Virus record (IMG/VR): IMGVR_UViG_3300017909_002489
Coordinates: 1 to 40,693 of that record
Direction: 5' to 3' (one strand)
DNA from: a virus
Lineage: Duplodnaviria > Caudoviricetes
DNA length: 40,693 nt
Below, in pieces: positions 34,574 through 40,693 of this stretch. Position 1 is the stretch's first letter. Each line of letters starts with the position of its first letter. The notes under the pieces are model-generated. The model worked only from the letters and a program-made list of their open reading frames with translations. It was not told the DNA's origin and made no database searches. The translations under genes were made by a program, and so were the position numbers.

Positions 34574-34792
34574 ATGGCTGAGAAAATGATCCGCACCTGC
34601 GACAACTGCGATGTACCCGCGGAAACTCGCGTCCAATTTACGATCGGCAGAAAGTCAGCAGAGAAGGAAATTGATCTGTGCCCTGCGTGCCTAGAGGAGT
34701 TTTTGCAAATGACTCGGAACTCACGTTCGGTATCTGGCAAGCGGCGACATCGCGCCTACCAAACTCGGGCATATCAGGATAAAACGTCCTAG
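34574..34792 (+). CDS. Small Zn-binding protein resembling the Lsr2 dimerisation domain (72 aa)
   Basis: MAEKMIRTCDNCD...RVQFTI...EIDLCPACLEEF parallels Lsr2 MAKKV...DD.DG...TVEF...YEIDLS; no AT-hook domain. Confidence 0.55.
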   Translation: MAEKMIRTCDNCDVPAETRVQFTIGRKSAEKEIDLCPACLEEFLQMTRNSRSVSGKRRHRAYQTRAYQDKTS

Positions 34793-34798
34793 AACGAC

Positions 34799-34837
34799 AA
34801 AAAGCCCCCCACCCTGGGGGGATACCAGAATGGGGGG
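34799..34837 (-). terminator. Intrinsic terminator ending the late arm
   Basis: Minus strand CCCCCCATTCTGG-TATCCCC-CCAGGGTGGGGGG-CTTTTT at a gene convergence. Confidence 0.8.
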
Positions 34838-34890
34838 AAATGCCGTTAGGAGCCGTCTGAGGGCGTCCTAGGGGTACTGTGGCAAACGGG

Positions 34891-36804
34891 TCAGATAACC
34901 CTCATCAAGATTGAGGCTATGCCTCCGTTGTTGCCATCATTTTGAGCGGGGGGAGTGGTCCGTGAGTAAGACACCCGCTCAATGTAAACATTGACTTTCT
35001 CGCCGGTCGTGAAGTCCTCGAAGGGAACCACGGCAAACACCTGCTCAAGGGCCTCAAGAAGTTCTAGCCTGTCGAAGGCATAGCCGTCGTATCCCATGAC
35101 CGATCCAGCGCGATCAGTCTCACGATCGAACAGCATGACAGGAACGCGGAGCATCCGCGTCCTTGTTGGGGCTGGGATGGCTCGGAGGTTGTAGGACGAA
35201 ACGTGCGAAGTGCCTGTTTTATCGGTGGATGCCCTTAGTTCAAGCGCAACGAAAATGTCGGTGAAGGGCTCGTTGGGGTTCGAGCTGACCTTTCCTGTTC
35301 GGTCGTAGCGATCACCGTCTGTGAAAACGACTTGCTGCCAGGTCGATGGGTTAGTCGAGCCCTCATCACGATTCGCGTAGCCAATAACAGATCCAGAAGA
35401 TCCAGGCAGGTTCAGCACTCGAAGGTCACGCCACGTTTTCGCTTCTGCCGTACCCAAACGGATACGACCTGTTTCGATAAAGCCACTCTCAACATAAGTG
35501 GCGGCCTGCTTGTACACACCGGCCGTTCCGGTGACACCGAGTATCAGTTTGTCGGTGGCATAACTGACGCTCTCGCAAGATCCCGTAACATCGACGTAAA
35601 TGTCATCAGCGTGCGCGAAGTCAAGCGGGTTGTTGTTTAGTGTCTCGCCCAGGTGGATGCGCACAAGGCCAGGAGCAGTCGAACGGTCACCTTTCTGGCA
35701 TTGAGTTCCGACCGCGGCGTAGACGTAAGATCCAACCGCCACAAAATCCTTCACTCCGTCACTTGATTCGTGAATCAGAGGTCCGATACTTAAGTTGCCA
35801 TCATCGTTAATTGAGGCGACGCGCGTTCCAGTCGAGGTTCCAATCATCAGGAAACTTCCAACGTAAGCGTAAATAGTGTTTACGGTTTCCCCGCGCGGCA
35901 TATCAGCCACCTGCACTAGGGCACTTAGTTGGATCGCACTCGCGTCTGCGGTGGCTGAGATCTTGTAAATTGCAGCCTGATCTCCAGCGTTACCCGACAA
36001 GTAGATCGCCTGCGGACCCTCCGCGATATCAGTCCAAGTCCAGCCGCTAGGGAAAGTCGTGCCAGGATCTATCTGAGTCCACGTTCCGCCCGCGCCTTCA
36101 TGCACAGCCCTACCGACGGTCGCAATCAAGCGGCCTTTGACCCAACGCACCAGGACGTTAGCCGAGGTCGAGAAGTTGTGGTACAGCGTTCCACTACCAG
36201 ATGCGTTCGTGCCCGAGTAAATCTCACCGCCGGTCGTACCTACATACCAATTGTCGCCGTCAGTAGTAAGGGAGTGAATGTTTGTGTTTGCGTAAGTCCA
36301 TGTGACCAGACCATCCAGGTCGCTCATCTCAACGCCGGCATCATTGGCGGTCAAGATCCCAGAGGATGTTCCCAAGACCTCGATGTGCGTACTTGAGAGG
36401 GATCGGACACTCTCAGTCTCATTCAAGAGCGTGAGTTGTCCTGGGGTCCACGGGTCAACTCCGCCACCCCTCGCGTAACGAAAGCGCGACTCGCTAGTGT
36501 CCAGCTCAAGCGGCTCGGCGGAGCGTAACCCCGCACCCAAATGCCAAGATTCTTGCGACCGATACCAAAACCCCGAGTCAAGGGACTGCTCACCAGGAGT
36601 GCGCTCCGTGTCGATACGCTCCCGTCGGAAGTCGGCAGTCTCCCGCAACATGGGGTTCTGATCCGACATAGCAAACAAAAAGGTGAGAGCCCCCAGGCTG
36701 CAATCCCAGGCCTGCGAATCCGGAGCGAACACTTTGCCACCTGGCATCTCGGTTAAACCAAGACGCTCAACGATACGCTCGGTGATCTGATTTAGGTTAG
36801 ACAC
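34891..36804 (-). CDS. Putative tail nozzle / tail tubular protein B-like (637 aa)
   Basis: Beta-rich, propeller-like repeats; GVDPWTPGQLTLL; last gene of the late arm. Confidence 0.6.
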   Translation of the reverse strand: MSNLNQITERIVERLGLTEMPGGKVFAPDSQAWDCSLGALTFLFAMSDQNPMLRETADFRRERIDTERTPGEQSLDSGFWYRSQESWHLGAGLRSAEPLELDTSESRFRYARGGGVDPWTPGQLTLLNETESVRSLSSTHIEVLGTSSGILTANDAGVEMSDLDGLVTWTYANTNIHSLTTDGDNWYVGTTGGEIYSGTNASGSGTLYHNFSTSANVLVRWVKGRLIATVGRAVHEGAGGTWTQIDPGTTFPSGWTWTDIAEGPQAIYLSGNAGDQAAIYKISATADASAIQLSALVQVADMPRGETVNTIYAYVGSFLMIGTSTGTRVASINDDGNLSIGPLIHESSDGVKDFVAVGSYVYAAVGTQCQKGDRSTAPGLVRIHLGETLNNNPLDFAHADDIYVDVTGSCESVSYATDKLILGVTGTAGVYKQAATYVESGFIETGRIRLGTAEAKTWRDLRVLNLPGSSGSVIGYANRDEGSTNPSTWQQVVFTDGDRYDRTGKVSSNPNEPFTDIFVALELRASTDKTGTSHVSSYNLRAIPAPTRTRMLRVPVMLFDRETDRAGSVMGYDGYAFDRLELLEALEQVFAVVPFEDFTTGEKVNVYIERVSYSRTTPPAQNDGNNGGIASILMRVI

Positions 36805-36807
36805 TTC

Positions 36808-37422
36808 CTACACTCCATACTTAGATGCCCAAGCACGCAACGTCGATAACCTGTATTTGGAGTCCACTTTCCTTTTCGGAGCCCAAGTCTTGTGATTGGG
36901 CAAGCGCATGTAGTAGCCCTTCCAACCGGCGGCTTCCTTCATGGCACTTGCCAGCAGACCCCACGACTTCTTCTGAGCCGCCGTAAAATCTTTCTTCAGG
37001 CCCTTGGAAACCACTTCACAGCCTGCGAAGTAATCGTTGCCCTTATCGTCCGGCACATTCAGACGAGCAAAACGGTCCACACCCTTGAATGAGCCACGGC
37101 CTGCGTGCCATACAGGATACGCGCTATGAACGTAGACTGTGCCATCCCTATCAAGAGAGAAGTTCGCAGCCGGGACGCGGTAGTGGCTCTGGACGTAGTT
37201 GATTACTCCTTTGTTAGCACCCTTCTGGTTGCCAGGGTGTGAAGGTCGGGTAGAACTGGTTGCTGCTCCCGCCGTGTGATGACACATGAGGGCGACAGGA
37301 TTCTTGCGTTTCCAATTGATGCCACGCTTCTTGTCATCCCACTTATCAAAGTAGACAACCTTGCCTGGTAAACGTTTTTCCAAAGCCTTCTCAAGACGAC
37401 GCGCAAAGAACGCCTTAGCCAT
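36808..37422 (-). CDS. Endolysin, N-acetylmuramoyl-L-alanine amidase (204 aa)
   Basis: Amidase_2-type HHTAG, WHAG, GCE and HKTWAPKRKVD; next to the holin. Confidence 0.88.
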   Translation of the reverse strand: MAKAFFARRLEKALEKRLPGKVVYFDKWDDKKRGINWKRKNPVALMCHHTAGAATSSTRPSHPGNQKGANKGVINYVQSHYRVPAANFSLDRDGTVYVHSAYPVWHAGRGSFKGVDRFARLNVPDDKGNDYFAGCEVVSKGLKKDFTAAQKKSWGLLASAMKEAAGWKGYYMRLPNHKTWAPKRKVDSKYRLSTLRAWASKYGV

Positions 37423-37630
37423 CTTGCCGACCGAAACGATCATTCTGCTTGTTCAACCAGTCAACAAGTACAACGAGCGCAGGGGGCACAGCAACAACAA
37501 GCACCGGAGGCCAACCGAAGTCACCCACGTTGTCGATTACCCAGGTCAATCCGGTAGCGGCAAATACTTTCAACGCGACACCGAGCGGGTGGTCGTTAAT
37601 GAATGCCATAAAGTCTTTCCAAGAGTTCAT
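37415..37630 (-). CDS. Putative holin (71 aa)
   Basis: Two hydrophobic segments, WLN...RFGR tail, upstream of the amidase. Confidence 0.65.
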   Translation of the reverse strand: MNSWKDFMAFINDHPLGVALKVFAATGLTWVIDNVGDFGWPPVLVVAVPPALVVLVDWLNKQNDRFGRQDG

Positions 37631-37905
37631 TTCTTCCCTGACCATTTCGTCTTGTTAGCCCAATAGGCCGCTGACATTTTTCCTTTTGCGATGTTCTTGC
37701 CGTGGCGACTCTTAAAGTCCTTGTTGCGTTGAGTTCCAGTAGGGGAGCCCGAGACTCCCTGTTGCCCAAACCGAATCGTCTTTATCTGGTCGCCTTCCTT
37801 GGCGACAACAACGTGAGACTTGGTTGGGTGGTTTGGTGTCCGCTTAGGTTTGTTGTAACCCGAAACGCCTGCATTCTTAAGTCGAGGATCTTTCTTTGGG
37901 GGCAT
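37627..37905 (-). CDS. Basic hypothetical phage protein (92 aa)
   Basis: GYNKPKRTPNHPTKSHVVVAKEGDQIKTIRFGQQG...SAAYWANK; coupled overlaps on both sides. Confidence 0.8.
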   Translation of the reverse strand: MPPKKDPRLKNAGVSGYNKPKRTPNHPTKSHVVVAKEGDQIKTIRFGQQGVSGSPTGTQRNKDFKSRHGKNIAKGKMSAAYWANKTKWSGKK

Positions 37906-38027
37906 TACTTCTTTTTCCGGCCCTGCATTTTCTTAGCGGGCTTCCTCTTGGCAGCCATACCCATCGCAGGCTTAGCCTTCTTTGTCATGCCCGACTTCTT
38001 CATTCCCTTGCCGTAGTGACCTGGCAT
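37905..38027 (-). CDS. Lys/Met-rich basic microprotein (40 aa)
   Basis: TAATG coupling at both ends; MPGHYGKGMKKSGMTKKAKPAMGMAAKRKPAKKMQGRKKK. Confidence 0.7.
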   Translation of the reverse strand: MPGHYGKGMKKSGMTKKAKPAMGMAAKRKPAKKMQGRKKK

Positions 38028-38185
38028 TACTTCTTCCTCCTTTTGACAGCGGCGTTATCAACAAGATTTGGGTAGGGGCGACCTGCTTTCTTAGCTCGTC
38101 TCTTGGCAGCAGCCTTCTGCGCAGGCGATAACGGTGTGGACTTTTTCTTTGGGTTCTTCTTGTCCCAAAATGCTTTCTTTTTCAC
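38027..38185 (-). CDS. Lys-rich basic microprotein (52 aa)
   Basis: MKKKAFWDKKNPKKKSTPLSPAQKAAAKRRAKKAGRPYPNLVDNAAVKRRKK; TAATG coupling. Confidence 0.75.
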   Translation of the reverse strand: MKKKAFWDKKNPKKKSTPLSPAQKAAAKRRAKKAGRPYPNLVDNAAVKRRKK

Positions 38186-38269
38186 TACTCAAATCCCCAA
38201 TTCCTTTATCTACTGAGCCACACAGCTCACAAATGCAAATTCCGCGCCACTCCGCGTAGGAGCAGCCGT

Positions 38270-38383
38270 TTAGACAGGACACGGTTCCCCCTCGCAACAG
38301 TTCGCTTTTGCCCCACAGAACGGACAAAGCCACCGCGAGTGAGTCCCATCAAAGGTTCGACCACACCAAAGGCACTCGATCAC
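38270..38383 (-). CDS. Zinc-finger microprotein (37 aa)
   Basis: GTGA overlap; CLWC...CPFC...CCEG. Confidence 0.65.
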   Translation of the reverse strand: MIECLWCGRTFDGTHSRWLCPFCGAKANCCEGEPCPV

Positions 38384-38616
38384 TTCTTTTCTTCTAAGTG
38401 CCAAGTGATGTGATGATCGAATTGCTCTTCCAACTTCTCGTTCTGTTTTTCGATCCGATCAAGAACGTCACGCATCGACGTACCGCCATTGGGTTTCATT
38501 TCCCGTGTGATGCGGTTGATGCGTGCGTCGATGACGAAGATCAACGCGGAGAACGCGAAGCCGAAGATTGAGATTACTGCGAGCAACGCACCGGGAGTAT
38601 CAAGTTCCCAACCCAT
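38380..38616 (-). CDS. Membrane protein of the lysis region (78 aa)
   Basis: One TM helix then MKPNGGTSMRDVLDRIE coiled coil. Confidence 0.75.
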   Translation of the reverse strand: MGWELDTPGALLAVISIFGFAFSALIFVIDARINRITREMKPNGGTSMRDVLDRIEKQNEKLEEQFDHHITWHLEEKK

Positions 38617-38619
38617 CAG

Positions 38620-39609
38620 TTATCCGATGCGGTAACGAACGAGAATCAAGCCTTGCGTGCCGTCCCCACCACTAGGGTTGGTGAGAACATTGGCCGTGTA
38701 ACCGGCACCGCCGCCTCCGCAGCCGAATCCGGTCGCATCGCCTCCGGCTGAATTATCGCCGCCGTTACCACCGCCGCCGGTTCCACCGGCTCCAGCCACT
38801 CCTGAGTTAGCCCCGCCGAGGCCACCTGCACCACCAGCAGCGAAGCCACGAAGCACACCGTCGAAGCGAAGTTCTATGCCGTCGCCGCCGTCTCCACCCT
38901 TTTGAGTGCCACCAGAAATGTCAGGCGTACCACCTTGACCGGCTTGGGAGTAACCACCGCCACCGCCAGCGCCGGTAGTGCTGGCAGAGTACGCCCCACG
39001 CGACCCACCGCTATTCCCCTGACCGCTAGTCCCGGTCGCAATCGTTGTACTCGTTTGCGCTCCAGAAGCAACGCCACCACCCGATCCACCGGATCGTGGA
39101 TGGTAGGTTGAGAATCCAGTCGCACCCGCGCCACCGGCAACAGCCGTGAACGCGCCAAATGTCGTGTCGGTTGCCCAATTAGCAGAGGACATACCAACAG
39201 AGCCATTGCGTCCAATTCCACCGACGCCAACAGTCGCGGAGTAGGAAGTCGCAGTAACCGCTTGGTTGTACAGCAGGATCAAGCCGCCTGCCCCACCGCC
39301 GCCACCTGCGTAGCCATTAGAGGCTGAGTTGTTTATGTACGCACCGCCGCCCGGCCCGCCACCGGCCACGATCAAGAGGTCAACGCTGCCTGCCTGCGAG
39401 AACGTGATTGACTCCGTAGCACCACCCGCATCCTCAAACCGATGCACGCGGTACGTCGCACCATTCACCGTCCCAGCAGTACCGTCACCAACGAACGTGT
39501 ACGGCGTTACCGACTGACCCGTACCGTCTGCATAGGCGGCCTGACCCGGCGTGACGTTCGACACAACAATGCTGCTCGCGTAAGCGGCCCTAAGTCGATC
39601 AATAGCCAT
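38620..39609 (-). CDS. Glycine-rich tail fibre/minor virion protein (329 aa)
   Basis: LIVAGGG...GGGGAGG...GLILVRY glycine-rich domain; start ATG 39609. Confidence 0.8.
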   Translation of the reverse strand: MAIDRLRAAYASSIVVSNVTPGQAAYADGTGQSVTPYTFVGDGTAGTVNGATYRVHRFEDAGGATESITFSQAGSVDLLIVAGGGPGGGAYINNSASNGYAGGGGGAGGLILLYNQAVTATSYSATVGVGGIGRNGSVGMSSANWATDTTFGAFTAVAGGAGATGFSTYHPRSGGSGGGVASGAQTSTTIATGTSGQGNSGGSRGAYSASTTGAGGGGGYSQAGQGGTPDISGGTQKGGDGGDGIELRFDGVLRGFAAGGAGGLGGANSGVAGAGGTGGGGNGGDNSAGGDATGFGCGGGGAGYTANVLTNPSGGDGTQGLILVRYRIG

Positions 39610-39610
39610 G

Positions 39611-40171
39611 TTAGGAAATCTCCGATCCGAACAATCCAAAAGCAACATCCTCACGGGATGCGCTCACGAGAACATATTTATTTGTCGCGTCAAGCGTTAG
39701 GCCAAGCGTCAAGGCAACGGTTTCGTTGCCAGCCAGAACATCGTTCTTTGCGATGAACTTCGCGTTCGCTGGCTCACCCGTAGCGTCAGTCACCGCAATC
39801 GCGTAGTACGCGCCCGTGTTCGCAAGGTTGCAAACCGTCAAAGTAGACACGACCGCAGCGGTGGAGGCAGGACAGGTGTAGAGAGTGAGCCACTCAAAAC
39901 CCGTCAAGGTTCCCGTCGTTGCCGCGCTAGTCACATCAGAGTTCTGTGACGCATACGAGAGTGTCGTGCTGGTGACCGCTGTAATGGTGTGGACACCATC
40001 GAACGCGGCCTCTGGGGTCGTCAGGGCGACTTGAATCTGTTGCCCCACGACTAGCGTGTGAGCGGCACTCAACGTCAAAGTCGCTACGTTGCTGGTGAGT
40101 GCCTTGTTTGTGATTGAGAGCGATGACTGAGTGGTTACAGTCTGCCCCAACACCTTGTACGTTGTCGGCAT
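39611..40171 (-). CDS. Tail-associated virion protein (186 aa)
   Basis: MPTTYKVLGQ...LYTCPASTAAVVSTLTVCN...FGSEIS; Thr/Ala-rich, beta-type. Confidence 0.7.
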   Translation of the reverse strand: MPTTYKVLGQTVTTQSSLSITNKALTSNVATLTLSAAHTLVVGQQIQVALTTPEAAFDGVHTITAVTSTTLSYASQNSDVTSAATTGTLTGFEWLTLYTCPASTAAVVSTLTVCNLANTGAYYAIAVTDATGEPANAKFIAKNDVLAGNETVALTLGLTLDATNKYVLVSASREDVAFGLFGSEIS

Positions 40172-40174
40172 TAT

Positions 40175-40693
40175 TTACGCTCCCATCAAGAGAAATACAT
40201 CGGCTGTTGAGCCACCACCGCCGGATGAGGCAGCCCACTTCACGCCCGTCGCCTCCGCTGCATCAGCGGTAAGGACGAACCCATCTGTTCCAACTGCTAA
40301 ACGCGCAGCCGTGTTATCGGCAGACCCAACTACGAGGTCGCCTTTCGCGTCGATCAAAGTCTCCGCGATGAATGTTCCTGTGTTTACTTCCAGCCACGCA
40401 GCACCGTCGTAAACGTGCATCGCGTCATCCGTGCTATCGAAGTACAGCGTTCCTTCCACCAGGGCGTTGCCGTCGTTGTCGGTGGTTGGCTCTGTCGCAA
40501 AAACTCCCAAGTAGCGATCATCGAAGGAGTCATACGTTGCAGCCGCACTAGCGGCACTAGCAGCAGCGGCTACGGCAGAAGCCGCAGCATTAGTTTCGCT
40601 GCTCGCAGCAGCGGTCTGCGATGATGCACTCGCAGTTTCAGATGCAGATGCCGCTGACGCGCTAGAAGCCGCAGCGTTCTGGCTTGCAAGAGC
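40175..40693 (-). CDS. Tail fibre/virion protein, 3' part (continuation of 835..1)
   Basis: Same frame across the join; YDSFDDRYLG...GTLYFD...DAKGDLVVGSADNTAARLAVGTDGFVLTAD; TAA at 40175-40177. Confidence 0.85.
   Translation of the reverse strand, partial: ALASQNAAASSASAASASETASASSQTAAASSETNAAASAVAAAASAASAAATYDSFDDRYLGVFATEPTTDNDGNALVEGTLYFDSTDDAMHVYDGAAWLEVNTGTFIAETLIDAKGDLVVGSADNTAARLAVGTDGFVLTADAAEATGVKWAASSGGGGSTADVFLLMGA
40570..40693. repeat. Terminal direct repeat, right copy (circular-assembly overlap)
   Basis: Identical to 1-124. Confidence 0.95.

Noticed and set aside
38091-38333. 80-aa Cys-rich ORF
   Set aside because: Overlaps two better-supported microgenes. A shorter version from GTG 38282 is possible but unsupported.
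40570-40693. End repeat as a biological terminal repeat
   Set aside because: It falls mid-gene and is k-mer sized, so an assembly overlap is more likely.
1-40693. Diversity-generating retroelement, intron/intein or stop-codon recoding
   Set aside because: No reverse transcriptase, template/variable repeat pair or splicing motifs seen; genes read through normally in code 11.

Overview
This window is a complete, circularly assembled genome of a tailed phage of Actinobacteria. The unit length is 40,569 bp, because bases 1-124 repeat exactly at 40570-40693. There are four modules. (1) A leftward late arm runs from about 18325 down to 1 and on through the join from 40693 to 34891. It has a podovirus-type virion set: TerL, portal, large internal/ejection proteins, scaffold, major capsid, tail adaptor/nozzle and fibres, plus amidase and holin. 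No tape measure or major tail gene is evident. (2) A non-coding divergent control/putative terminus region lies at about 18330-19200. (3) A rightward early operon of small unknown genes (19214-25633) ends in a secreted transglycosylase and WhiB. (4) A leftward replication/regulation arm (33178 to 25687) resembles mycobacteriophage L5/cluster A: repressor, Cas4/RecB-like nuclease, C5 methyltransferase, helicase-like ATPase, resolvase, split primase, phosphoesterase and sigma-like protein. It is followed by a tRNA-derived attP and a tyrosine integrase. The most striking content is RNA-level. Five early-gene cassettes start with an identical AACATTGGAG box 5-6 nt before ATG. Two are preceded by complete type II hammerhead ribozymes with pseudoknots and two by long RNase III-like hairpins. 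The operon's terminal hairpin displays the exact antisense of that box in its loop. A 79-nt tmRNA tRNA-like-domain-only gene (G3:U70, no tag frame) precedes the scaffold/capsid genes. All product calls come from motif recognition by eye; no database searches were run.
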